DNA of 64,000 nucleotides from Candidatus Uhrbacteria bacterium (lineage in GTDB: Bacteria; Patescibacteriota; Patescibacteriia; UBA9934; GWF2-40-263). The stretch lies in assembly GCA_016188425.1 (NCBI GenBank), contig JACPHX010000009.1:3582-67581 (forward strand). The letters run 5' to 3'. Shown here in pieces: positions 40,612 through 49,671 of this stretch (its first letter is position 1; every line of letters starts with the position of its first letter). The notes under the pieces were generated by a model, which was not told the DNA's origin, did not search any database, and was given only the letters and a program-made list of their open reading frames with translations. Both the position numbers and the translations under genes were made by a program.

Positions 40612-40971
40612 TTATTCTTTTGGCATTTCTCCCTCCCCTTCTTTCACTAATTTCTTTTGAATTTCTTTCCATTGGCTTTTGAAGAATTGTTCCAAATCCG
40701 CCATCTCGCTCGCGGCGATCCCTTTGGCTCTCTGGAAGTGGCCAAGCACCTCCTTCACCATTTCCTCATATTCCGCCTTCGTGAAGCATTCATTCGCCTT
40801 CCATTTCTTGTTCAATTCCTTTTGGAGGGCCTGGGCCGCTTTTTTGGCTTCCGCCCTCAATTCCTCCCCTTTCCGGGATCGGATGAACAGCCCGGCAAAG
40901 AACCCCGCCGTCAGTCCCATCATCAGTGCCTTGCCCCAGTGACAAGTTTTACACGCGTTCTGACTTTCCAT
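40612..40971 (-). CDS. YtxH-like (DUF948) small membrane-anchored coiled-coil protein
   Basis: N-terminal TM/amphipathic segment GKALMMGLTAGFFAGLFIRSRKG followed by a Lys/Glu-rich helix. ATG at 40971. The ORF track gives a TTG start at 41013. Confidence 0.5.
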   Translation of the reverse strand: MESQNACKTCHWGKALMMGLTAGFFAGLFIRSRKGEELRAEAKKAAQALQKELNKKWKANECFTKAEYEEMVKEVLGHFQRAKGIAASEMADLEQFFKSQWKEIQKKLVKEGEGEMPKE

Positions 40972-41081
40972 ACGACAAAAGAAAAGGATTACTTGAAAGC
41001 AAGTATAGCGCAACTTGTCAGGAAGGAAAGACGGCGGGCATTTTGACTTTTGTGTTTAATACCTGTACCATAGGTGGAGGT

Positions 41082-41363
41082 ATGCATCATCATCCCTCAC
41101 ACACCGATTCGGAGCCGCGGCTCAAAAAAGCGGAAGGCCAGCTCGCCCATGTGGCGCGCATGGTTAAGGACGGCGCGTATTGCATGGACATCATCCAGCA
41201 AGTGAACGCGCTCATCGGCATCCTGCAACAAGCCAACAGCCAGCTGCTGGCGCGGCATCTTGCCACCTGCGGGGCGAACCTTGCGTCGGAAGATCCGGAG
41301 GTAAAAGAAAAATTCATAAAAGAGATAGTGCGCGCGTGGACGATGGCGCAGCGCAAAGGCTGA
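41082..41363 (+). CDS. csoR: Copper-sensing transcriptional repressor, CsoR/RcnR family
   Basis: 93 aa. ATG at 41082 with GGAGG 2-6 nt upstream. The conserved RLK..EGQ…R block is present. Cu(I) ligand pattern C…H-x3-C is present as Cys in YCMDIIQQ and RHLATC. Confidence 0.85.
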   Translation: MHHHPSHTDSEPRLKKAEGQLAHVARMVKDGAYCMDIIQQVNALIGILQQANSQLLARHLATCGANLASEDPEVKEKFIKEIVRAWTMAQRKG

Positions 41364-41364
41364 T

Positions 41365-41763
41365 ATGACACACCCTTCCTTCAAACCATTCGCGTCCTTC
41401 CTTCTCCTTGCTCTTGTGTCAGGAAGCGTGTGCGCGCTCTCCCTGTTCATGGCGCCGCCCGCCTACGCATCGCCTGTCTCGCGCGACCTGTCTCCCGCCG
41501 CGATGTCGGCATCCATGGAACCGGCGCCAGCGCCCGCCCCCCAGACGGCGGTCTTTTGTTGCGAGAAAAACCGCATGAATCACCAACCGGATGCGACGGC
41601 TCCGGAACGACCGACCGTCTCCCGCCTCTCCGCCACGGCGCCGTTCGCGGCGCCCCGTATGCTTCGGAACGAACCGGCGTCGGCCCTCGCTCTCCCAAAG
41701 GAGACATTCCCTTTTCAAAGGCACCGCCGACAAATCATAGCCGCCGCCATCAAGCGCGAATAG
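41365..41763 (+). CDS. Small secreted Cys-containing hypothetical protein (copper operon member, low confidence)
   Basis: The ATG overlaps the csoR stop. Strong signal peptide MTHPSFKPFASFLLLALVSGSVCALSLFMAPPAYASP. Mature part is about 95 aa with FCCEKN. No recognised domain. Confidence 0.4.
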   Translation: MTHPSFKPFASFLLLALVSGSVCALSLFMAPPAYASPVSRDLSPAAMSASMEPAPAPAPQTAVFCCEKNRMNHQPDATAPERPTVSRLSATAPFAAPRMLRNEPASALALPKETFPFQRHRRQIIAAAIKRE

Positions 41764-41809
41764 GGAAAAAGGGAAATTCGATGTTATTCAAGTTTTCCTC
41801 TTTCTTCAT

Positions 41810-43156
41810 ATGCCCCAACAAACTCTCCCTATCCGCGGCATGCACTGCCGCTCCTGCGAACTGCTTCTGGAGGATTCCATCGGTTCCGTCCAAGGCGTCG
41901 CAAAAGTTAAAGTGGATTTCCGCAAAGGATGCGCCCTCATCGAACACGGGGCGGATATTCCCAGCCGCCACGAGATCGAGCGCGCCATAACAAACGCCGG
42001 GTATGAAATCGGCGCCCCGGGGAAACTTCCTTGGCTCACCAAAGACTCGACGGATCGACGGTACGTCTTCATCGGTATCATCGTCGTCCTCATCCTCTAT
42101 TACGCCGCGCGCGGGACCGGGCTTTTTGACGTTGCTCTGGATGAATCGAACGTGGGCGTCGGTTTCGCCCTGACGCTTGGCCTCGTCGCCGGCATCTCTA
42201 CCTGCATGGCGCTTGTGGGTGGGCTCATCCTGGGTATCTCCGCCCGGCACGCCGAGCGCCATCCGGAAGCCACCTCCTGGCAGAAATTCCGCCCCCATCT
42301 CTTCTTCAATGCTGGTCGCATACTGGGCTACGCGATCCTCGGCGGACTCCTGGGTGGCCTGGGGAGCTTCCTTCAAATCTCCGGCGTCTTCCTCGCGTTC
42401 CTCACCCTCGCGGTCGCGCTCGTCATGATCTCGCTTGGGATTAAACTGACGAATCTCTCCCCGAGGATCTCGGCGACCTCCTTCACGCTTCCCTCCTCCA
42501 TTGCGCGCCTCTTTGGGATCTCGGAACATCAAAAAGAATACAGCCACAAGGCATCCATGGTGACCGGCGCGCTCACCTTCTTCCTCCCCTGCGGATTCAC
42601 GCAAGCGATGCAGTTGTATGCCGTCAGTACCGGGGACTTCAAAACCGGTGCGATGGTCATGGGCGCATTCGCCCTGGGAACCGCTCCGGCGCTTCTTGGC
42701 ATCGGAGGGCTCTCCTCGATCATGAAAGGAACCGCCGCGCGCGTCTTCTATGCCATCGTTGGCATCCTCTTGATTGCCTTTGGCCTCTACAACGTTCGCA
42801 GCGCGCTCTCGATCCTTCCCGTTACCGGTCCAACGAAGACAAATAACGAACTGAACTACTCGCCGATCAATCAAGGAGCGGCGCCTCAAGGAAACGTCCA
42901 GGTCATCACCATGACCCAATCCGCTTCCGGCTACTCCCCCGCCACGATGCGCGTCAAAGTCGGCATCCCGGTTCAATGGGTCGTCACCTCCGAATCGTCC
43001 TTCACCTGCGCCTCCACTATCGTGGCCCCGTCATTGGGAATTAATGCGGATCTGAAAAAGGGACAGAATGTCTTCACCTTCACCCCCACGGAAAAAGGAA
43101 CGATTCCCTTTTCCTGTTCCATGGGCATGTACCGCGGGTCGTTCATCGTTGAATAA
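41810..43156 (+). CDS. Fusion protein: HMA metal-binding domain + CcdA/DsbD-like (DsbD_2-type) 6-TM thiol core + C-terminal cupredoxin-like Cys/Met domain
   Basis: N-terminal GMHCRSCE (GMxCxxC). The TM core has single conserved Cys in GISTCMALVGG and FFLPCGFTQAM, the CcdA/DsbD arrangement. The extracytoplasmic C-terminal domain of about 100 aa carries FTCAS…FSCSMGMYRGSF. Confidence 0.7.
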   Translation: MPQQTLPIRGMHCRSCELLLEDSIGSVQGVAKVKVDFRKGCALIEHGADIPSRHEIERAITNAGYEIGAPGKLPWLTKDSTDRRYVFIGIIVVLILYYAARGTGLFDVALDESNVGVGFALTLGLVAGISTCMALVGGLILGISARHAERHPEATSWQKFRPHLFFNAGRILGYAILGGLLGGLGSFLQISGVFLAFLTLAVALVMISLGIKLTNLSPRISATSFTLPSSIARLFGISEHQKEYSHKASMVTGALTFFLPCGFTQAMQLYAVSTGDFKTGAMVMGAFALGTAPALLGIGGLSSIMKGTAARVFYAIVGILLIAFGLYNVRSALSILPVTGPTKTNNELNYSPINQGAAPQGNVQVITMTQSASGYSPATMRVKVGIPVQWVVTSESSFTCASTIVAPSLGINADLKKGQNVFTFTPTEKGTIPFSCSMGMYRGSFIVE

Positions 43157-43160
43157 ATCT

Positions 43161-43367
43161 ATGCACAGACTGAACTTTACGATCACGAATCTCACCTGTG
43201 ATGCCTGTATCAAAGTTTCGACTATGACGTTGCGCAAACTTCCTGGCGTCATGGATGTCCACGTTGATCTTTCAACAGGCGCCGCCACTATTCAATCGGA
43301 GGAACTTATCCATCCACGCGACGCAGAGCACGCGCTCACCGCAAAAGGATACACGGTCGCGTTCTAA
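43161..43367 (+). CDS. copZ: Copper chaperone CopZ (single HMA domain)
   Basis: 68 aa starting at ATG 43161 (MHRLNFTITNLTCDACIKV…), with the MxCxxC metal site. The ORF track starts it at 43068. Confidence 0.85.
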   Translation: MHRLNFTITNLTCDACIKVSTMTLRKLPGVMDVHVDLSTGAATIQSEELIHPRDAEHALTAKGYTVAF

Positions 43368-43376
43368 TCCAATTGT

Positions 43377-46262
43377 ATGCAACAACTCTATCGCGTCTCC
43401 GGGATGCATTGCGCTTCCTGCGAAACGCTTATCAACGAGGAGGTCGGAGGACTCCCCGGCGTGGTTGGTGTCGTCACCAGCGCCAAAGACGGAACATGTC
43501 GGGTCACAACCAGTGGGACGGTTTCAGAGGAAGCCGTCATCGGGGCGATCAAAGCGGCTGGCTATGATGCCGTACCGGAGACGATCTCTTCGCCGTCTAT
43601 CCCGACGCCGACCTCGAGAGACCCGCACACGACCCTCATCGAACGCGAAGGAACAACCGTGTCATTTCAATCAACCAAAAAGACTAAAGGAGAGGGAGTC
43701 TTGGAAATCGACGCGCACGGCCGGCCGACCTTCAAGGGAACCGTCACGACGGAACACTCGCATACGATCGAATTTCCCAAGAACATGCGGGAACAAATCA
43801 AAGACATCATCAGCTCCTTCGATTCCCTCTTCAAAGACAGGCAGGAATCGCCACAGACAAACCAACTGACCACGTCAGAAGCATCCGCCGCCTCGAGATC
43901 CGTGCAGCCGGCGCACTCGCAACAGGCCACCTTTGCATTGAACGGCATGCACTGCACTTCCTGCGCCGGCGTCATCAGCAAGAGCATCAAGAAACTCCCC
44001 GGGATCGTTGAAGCAAACGTCAGTTTTGCCTCGGAGAAAGCGCGGGTCACCTTCGATCCCCGCGTGGTGAACGAAGCTGTCATCATCGAACGCGTGAAAA
44101 AAGCCGGCTATCGCGCCGCCGTCTCCGCCAAGGCGGATCCGGAGGAGGATCGGGCGCGCCGCGCCAGGGAGATCGGTTCCTATTGGCGCCGTTTCCTCGC
44201 CGGAGCCATCCTCTCGTTGCCGATGGTCTATTTCATGTTCCTCGATTTCTTCGGCTTCCTTCCCGGCCGCTCCTTCCTCCTCCCTTGGGTCGGCGCCGTC
44301 TCCTTCGCGCTCGCGACCCCCGTCCAGCTCATCCTGGGAGCCGGATTCTACAAAGGGATGTGGTCGAGTTTGCGGATGAAGACGTTCAACATGGACAGCT
44401 TGATCGCGATCGGCACCAGCACCGCGTTCCTCTACAGCGTCGTCAACTTCCTCCTGTACGCGACGAAGAACGGCTCAATCCTAGGCCTCGCGGGAGAAAA
44501 AATTCCCGAGCTCTATTTTGAGACGGCCGCTTTCCTCATCACTTTCGTCCTTCTGGGAAAATGGCTGGAGAGCAAAGCGAAGGGGCAGACATCGGAGGCC
44601 GTGCGCAAGCTCATGGAACTGCAGGCGAAGACGGCGCGCGTCATCCGCGGCGGGAAGACGATTGATGTGCCGATCGGCGACGTCGTCGAACACGACACCG
44701 TCGTCGTCCGCCCGGGAGAAAAGGTGCCGGTCGACGGCATCATCGTCCGCGGCGACTCCTCGATCGATGAATCCATGCTGACCGGCGAGAGCATTCCCGT
44801 CGAGAAGCACGCGGGAGACAAGGTCATCGGCGCGACGGTAAACAAAAACGGCAGCTTCGAGTTCCGCGCGCTCAAGGTGGGAAGCGAGACGGTTCTGGCG
44901 CGCATCATCGAACTCGTAGAGGAGGCGCAGGGATCGCGCGCGCCCATCCAGGCATTTGCCGACCGCATCTCGGCGCGATTCGTCCCGATCGTCATTGGAA
45001 TCGCTGTCGCCACCTTCCTGGTCTGGTACTTCCTTCTCGGCGCCTCGCTTAGCTTCGCCCTCATGGCCTTTACGGCGGTCATCGTCATCGCCTGCCCTTG
45101 CGCGCTCGGGCTCGCGACGCCGACAGCCATCATGGTGAGCACGGGCATAGGGGCGCAACACGGCATCCTCATCAAGGGAGGCGAGCCATTGGAGGCCGCG
45201 TGCAAGGTACGTGCGATCGTCTTTGACAAGACCGGCACGCTCACTAAAGGCAAGCCGGAGGTCACGGACGTACAGACGCTTGGAACCCTCGACGAAGACG
45301 CGGTTATGGAAATCGCCGCGGGGCTGGAGGGCAAATCGGAACACCCGCTTGCGGAAGCCATCTGCCGGTACGCGGAGGAAGAAAACATCGAACCGTCCGA
45401 GGTGGCCTCCTTCCAAGCCGTTCCTGGCCAGGGAGTCCAAGGAGCGATCGATGGGACTCCGTACTATTTCGGCAATCGGAAATTGATGGAAACGCTGCAC
45501 ATTGATGGTCGTCGCATCGAGCGGAAAATGCGTAAGCTCGAGGAGGAGGGCAAAACCGCCATGCTCCTCTCCAGCGACAAAGAACTCCTCGGCATCATCG
45601 CCGTCGCGGACGCGATCAAATCTACGTCCCCATCCGCCATGGCATCGCTCAAACGCCTCGGGCTGGCCGTCTACATGATCACGGGCGACAATACGCGAAC
45701 CGCTCTGGCTATCGCGCGGCAAGCCGGCATCGAGGAGCAGAACGTGCGGGCGGAGGTGCTCCCGGAGGACAAGGCGAATGAGGTGAAAAAAATCCAAGCG
45801 GCGGGAGTGAAGGTTGCCATGGTCGGCGACGGGCTCAACGACGCCCCCGCGCTCGCGCAGGCGGATGTCGGCATCGCGATGGGCAGCGGCACGGACGTGG
45901 CCATGGAGGCGGGAAGCATCGTGCTCATGAAAAACGACTTGGAGGATGTTGTTTCCGCGATCCAGCTGAGCCGCGAGACGCTGGGGAAGGTAAAACAGAA
46001 CCTCTTCTTCTCGCTGTTCTACAACGTGATCGGCATCCCGATCGCGGCCCGCGTCTTCATCGGCTTGGGGATCGTCCTTCGCCCGGAACTCGCGGGCCTC
46101 GCCATGGCCTTAAGCTCCGTCTCGGTCGTGGCGAACTCCCTCTTGCTGCGCCGGTTCCGACCAGGCCGGCGCAACTGGCTCTCGACGTTCGCGCCCGTAG
46201 CGATGACCGGGGCGTTCACGATGGCGTTCATCCTCCTGGCCAGAGTAAGCGCGGGAGGATAG
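43377..46262 (+). CDS. copA: Cu(I)-translocating P1B-type ATPase CopA with two N-terminal HMA domains
   Basis: Two GMHCxSC motifs, TGES, CPC ([12 protein letters not shown]), [17 protein letters not shown]. 961 aa. Confidence 0.95.
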   Translation: MQQLYRVSGMHCASCETLINEEVGGLPGVVGVVTSAKDGTCRVTTSGTVSEEAVIGAIKAAGYDAVPETISSPSIPTPTSRDPHTTLIEREGTTVSFQSTKKTKGEGVLEIDAHGRPTFKGTVTTEHSHTIEFPKNMREQIKDIISSFDSLFKDRQESPQTNQLTTSEASAASRSVQPAHSQQATFALNGMHCTSCAGVISKSIKKLPGIVEANVSFASEKARVTFDPRVVNEAVIIERVKKAGYRAAVSAKADPEEDRARRAREIGSYWRRFLAGAILSLPMVYFMFLDFFGFLPGRSFLLPWVGAVSFALATPVQLILGAGFYKGMWSSLRMKTFNMDSLIAIGTSTAFLYSVVNFLLYATKNGSILGLAGEKIPELYFETAAFLITFVLLGKWLESKAKGQTSEAVRKLMELQAKTARVIRGGKTIDVPIGDVVEHDTVVVRPGEKVPVDGIIVRGDSSIDESMLTGESIPVEKHAGDKVIGATVNKNGSFEFRALKVGSETVLARIIELVEEAQGSRAPIQAFADRISARFVPIVIGIAVATFLVWYFLLGASLSFALMAFTAVIVIACPCALGLATPTAIMVSTGIGAQHGILIKGGEPLEAACKVRAIVFDKTGTLTKGKPEVTDVQTLGTLDEDAVMEIAAGLEGKSEHPLAEAICRYAEEENIEPSEVASFQAVPGQGVQGAIDGTPYYFGNRKLMETLHIDGRRIERKMRKLEEEGKTAMLLSSDKELLGIIAVADAIKSTSPSAMASLKRLGLAVYMITGDNTRTALAIARQAGIEEQNVRAEVLPEDKANEVKKIQAAGVKVAMVGDGLNDAPALAQADVGIAMGSGTDVAMEAGSIVLMKNDLEDVVSAIQLSRETLGKVKQNLFFSLFYNVIGIPIAARVFIGLGIVLRPELAGLAMALSSVSVVANSLLLRRFRPGRRNWLSTFAPVAMTGAFTMAFILLARVSAGG

Positions 46263-46277
46263 CGGCAACAGATAAAT

Positions 46278-46308
46278 CCGCCAGGCATTCATGCCTGGCG
46301 GGTTTTTA
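46278..46308 (+). terminator. Intrinsic terminator after copA
   Basis: 11-bp perfect stem ccgccaggcat/atgcctggcgg with a 2-nt loop, followed by GTTTTT. Confidence 0.75.
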
Positions 46309-46389
46309 ATAGAAGGTTCTGCGGGCGCTTTTTTATCGCCCGAAGAGTGTGACGAAAAAACGTCTTCACTCGCAATACCCACGAGAGCG

Positions 46390-48417
46390 TCAAAACGGCT
46401 TCCTTGTATTCTCTGCCAAAGACCTTCGCCGCAGCAATACCGCGTTCACCGCCACGATCACCGTGGACACGCTCATGAACACCGCGGCGACCGCGGGCTC
46501 CAGGATGATGCCTCTGGAGGCGAGCACGCCGGCGGCCAGCGGAAGCGCCACGAGGTTGTATCCTGTCGCCCAAAAGAGGTTCTGGATCATCTTGGCATAG
46601 GTCAGCTTGGAGAGCTTGATGATTTTTGGAATGTCTCTTGGATCGTTCTTGACCAGGATGATCCCTGCTGATTCGATCGCGACATTCGTCCCCGCGCCGA
46701 TGGCGATCCCCAGGTCTGCCTGCGTCAGGGCGGGCGCGTCGTTCACCCCATCCCCCACCATCGCCACGATATGCCCTTTTTGCTGCAATGACTTCACCGT
46801 ATCAGCTTTCTGACCGGGAAGAACCTTCGCAAAATATTCATCGATCCCGATCTCTTTGGCCACCCATGCGGCCACATCCTCCGAGTCCCCCGTGATCATC
46901 GCTGTGCGTATCCCCACGGCCTTCAAGGACGCGACTGCTTCTCTGGATTCTTCGCGGATGATGTCCGCAAGGGCGATGGCACCCAACAGACGGTGAACTG
47001 AAGCGACATAGATCACCGTCTTCCCCTCTCTTGAAAGCGTCTGGATCTGTCGTGCGACCTCGGATGGGATCGCGACAGACGTTTCCTCCATGAGCGCGAT
47101 GTTTCCGACAGACACCTTTCCCCCCTCGACCCAACCTTGAGCTCCCTTTCCCGGAACGCGCTCAAATTGTTTCACCTCTTTATGGTCGATCTTCCGCGCC
47201 CGCGCTTCGTCGACTATGGCTTTGGCAAGTGGATGCTCCGACTGGCTGTTGACCGACGCGGCCATGGCGAGTACTTGGTTTGCCTCAACCGAATCGACGG
47301 GGACGATTTCGCTCACGCCAAATGCCCCGAGGGTCAGCGTTCCCGTCTTGTCGAAAAGCACGGTATCAATCGTCCGCGCGGCTTCCAGCGAGAGACGCTG
47401 CTTGATGAGCAGGCCGTTGCGCGCAGCCATAGTCGTCGAAATAGACGCGACCAGCGGTACGGCGAGCCCAAGCGCGTGGGGACAGGCGACCACGAGCACG
47501 GCGACGAGTCGCTCCGTCGCGGTCACGAGACCGGCGTCGGCGAGAAGCCACGCGATGAAGGTGATCCCTCCAGATGTCACCGCGATGACGGTCAAATACA
47601 GCGCCGCGCGATCGGAGAGAATCTGGAGTTTAGATTTGGATGCCTGCGCCTGTGCGACTAATCGCATCACCCCCGCGAGGAACGTCGCCTCCCCGATCTT
47701 ATCGACGCGCACCGTAAGCCCGCCGTCGCCATTGAGCGATCCGGCGATCACCTGATCCCCCATCTTCTTGCTCACCGGTTTTGATTCACCCGTGACGACT
47801 GCCTCATTTACATCCGACTGCCCTTCCTCGATGACGCCGTCGGCCGGCACTTTGCTTCCTGGGCGGACGAGGACGCGGTCGCCTGCGACCAGTTCCGAGA
47901 GAGGGATCTTCTCCGTTTTTCCTTCTCGGATCACCTCCGCGACATCCGGCAATAATTTTGCGAGTTCCTTCAATGCCCCTTGCGCGCCGGACACAGCCCT
48001 CATCTCGATCCAGTGGCCAAGCAGCATCACCGCGATGAGCGTCGATAATTCCCAAAAGAGCGTTTCCTCTCTGCCGGCGAATACCGAGAACGCACTAAAC
48101 AGATACGCGGCCGTGATCGCGATAGAAATAAGCGTCATCATTCCCGGAAGTTTCGCGCGGATCTCGCGAGCCGCCCCCGCGATGAACACCCACCCGCCGT
48201 AAAAAAAGATGATGGATCCCAACAACAAAAATGAAATTTGGTCCCCGACGAATCGCGGGAGACGCCACCCGATCACGATTTCAGGCATGTCGGAAGCAAA
48301 GAGAATCGGCACCATCAAAATCAGCACCACCCAAAGTTTTTGCAAAAAAGCATCTGTCGAATGCCCCGCATGCTTGTCTGTCTCCTGCGCGTGTGAGTGG
48401 TGCTCTTCCATACGCAT
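46390..48417 (-). CDS. copB: P1B-type ATPase with CPH motif and His-rich N-terminus (CopB-type)
   Basis: Start ATG 48417 (MRMEEHHSHAQETDKHAGHS). TGES, CPH (VACPHALGLAVP), DKTGTLT, GDGVNDAPAL. The ORF track extends it to 48540. Confidence 0.9.
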   Translation of the reverse strand: MRMEEHHSHAQETDKHAGHSTDAFLQKLWVVLILMVPILFASDMPEIVIGWRLPRFVGDQISFLLLGSIIFFYGGWVFIAGAAREIRAKLPGMMTLISIAITAAYLFSAFSVFAGREETLFWELSTLIAVMLLGHWIEMRAVSGAQGALKELAKLLPDVAEVIREGKTEKIPLSELVAGDRVLVRPGSKVPADGVIEEGQSDVNEAVVTGESKPVSKKMGDQVIAGSLNGDGGLTVRVDKIGEATFLAGVMRLVAQAQASKSKLQILSDRAALYLTVIAVTSGGITFIAWLLADAGLVTATERLVAVLVVACPHALGLAVPLVASISTTMAARNGLLIKQRLSLEAARTIDTVLFDKTGTLTLGAFGVSEIVPVDSVEANQVLAMAASVNSQSEHPLAKAIVDEARARKIDHKEVKQFERVPGKGAQGWVEGGKVSVGNIALMEETSVAIPSEVARQIQTLSREGKTVIYVASVHRLLGAIALADIIREESREAVASLKAVGIRTAMITGDSEDVAAWVAKEIGIDEYFAKVLPGQKADTVKSLQQKGHIVAMVGDGVNDAPALTQADLGIAIGAGTNVAIESAGIILVKNDPRDIPKIIKLSKLTYAKMIQNLFWATGYNLVALPLAAGVLASRGIILEPAVAAVFMSVSTVIVAVNAVLLRRRSLAENTRKPF

Positions 48418-48421
48418 CTGC

Positions 48422-49126
48422 TTATCTAAGCGGCCGATCGAACCGGTAATCGCCCTCCATCCGCCGGAACACATCCTGCTCGCAGGCATAGATGACCGGG
48501 CGGGCCGTTTCCAATTCGATAAACGGAATTTGTTCATCACTGATGGACTCCAAAAATTTGATCACAGCGCGCAATGTGTTCCCATGGGCGGTCATGAGGA
48601 TGGTCTCCCCCGCTTTGATGCGCGGATGAATCTGCGTCTCAAAGTACGGAACGACACGGTCATACACATCCTTTAAACTTTCCCCGCCCGGAGGTCGAGC
48701 GACAAAACTTCTTCGCCATCCCAGCACTTGTTCTTCCCCAAATTCCTTCGCCGCCGCTTCCTTATTCATCCCTTGAAGTTCGCCATATGCACGTTCATTC
48801 AGGGCCTCGGAGGTGAAGATGGGAAGTGTTTCGCCCTTAAACCAAGCAGGCATTCGATCCAGCCGATTGTACCGTTCATCAGCCCCATGGCTGAACACGC
48901 CGATTTTATGCTGAGAGGATAAGATGATGAGCAGCGTCTGATGCGCCCGTTCGAGGTTCGATGTAAACGCCGCGTCATAATCGAAACGCTTGCAGTGGCC
49001 CGCCAAATCCTGCGCCTCCTGGATGCCGTTCTCGCTCAACGGCACATCCAGCCAACCGGTAAACCGATTCAAGATGTTCATTCGAGACTCACCATGGCGA
49101 ACAAGGACGAGAGTTCCGTGTGTCAT
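48422..49126 (-). CDS. gpmA: 2,3-bisphosphoglycerate-dependent phosphoglycerate mutase
   Basis: Start ATG 49126 (MTHGTLVLVRHGESRMNILNRFTGWLDVPLSENG…), a near-exact GpmA N-terminal signature. Its stop is 2 nt from the copB start. Confidence 0.85.
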   Translation of the reverse strand: MTHGTLVLVRHGESRMNILNRFTGWLDVPLSENGIQEAQDLAGHCKRFDYDAAFTSNLERAHQTLLIILSSQHKIGVFSHGADERYNRLDRMPAWFKGETLPIFTSEALNERAYGELQGMNKEAAAKEFGEEQVLGWRRSFVARPPGGESLKDVYDRVVPYFETQIHPRIKAGETILMTAHGNTLRAVIKFLESISDEQIPFIELETARPVIYACEQDVFRRMEGDYRFDRPLR

Positions 49127-49158
49127 AGGATTCAATGGGTGACGTTTTTGTCCCGGAG

Positions 49159-49551
49159 TTACTTCCACCACTCTCCCGACTTCCTGGGCCAGCCCATCAA
49201 GAGCAACAACGAAAGCGGAGATCCCCAATTAGCCCATCGTTCAACGAAATCCCACAAAGGATCTGGTCCAAACGGCCAACGAACAAGCGCGGTCCAGAGA
49301 CCCCAAAACGCCATCCAAAGAACCAGAGCGCGCACGGGGCGGACAAGGATGTGGATCGCCAACAACAGGTCGGCTATTCCTATCAACAAAAGAAGCGTGG
49401 TGATCGTTTTCTCGTCCGTGATCCCAAAGGAGGAAAAGTAGACAAACCAACTTTTCTTCGCTTCCAGGGCGAATACGCCGTGGCCGATGAATGTTCCTGC
49501 GGTGGCGATACGGAGAATCCACTGGGCATTGATGGACGTCGACATGCTCAT
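49159..49551 (-). CDS. Small multi-TM membrane protein, DoxX-like (tentative)
   Basis: About 130 aa with 3-4 hydrophobic helices (…ILRIATAGTFIGHGVFAL…, …LLLLIGIADLLLAIHILV…). ATG options at 49551 and 49545. The track uses TTG at 49563. Confidence 0.4.
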   Translation of the reverse strand: MSMSTSINAQWILRIATAGTFIGHGVFALEAKKSWFVYFSSFGITDEKTITTLLLLIGIADLLLAIHILVRPVRALVLWMAFWGLWTALVRWPFGPDPLWDFVERWANWGSPLSLLLLMGWPRKSGEWWK

Positions 49552-49671
49552 AGGGTGGAACAAATTTAAACAAAAAAATCAAATTCATTATACGTTCTTT
49601 CCGCTTCTTTGCCCAATGAATCCTCTTCTCCTGTACAATATATTCGATGATTCATCGTCTCCCCAAGATGT

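Noticed and set aside
41750-42976. 408-aa minus-strand ORF (GGGVAGSGLGHGDD…RRDPRGEIRQ…)
   Set aside because: Antisense to the HMA/CcdA-like fusion gene, and strongly Arg/Glu/Gly-biased with no motif. The plus-strand frame has GMxCxxC and a coherent TM topology.
44481-45797. 438-aa and 291-aa minus-strand ORFs inside copA
   Set aside because: Antisense to a gene with every P1B-ATPase signature. Low-complexity R/D-rich translation.
46309-46389. Second hairpin (gcgggcg…cgcccg) between copA and copB as a copB terminator
   Set aside because: The stem is only 6 bp with a 9-nt loop, and no U-run follows on the minus strand. It is too weak to call. The 46278-46308 hairpin may serve both directions.
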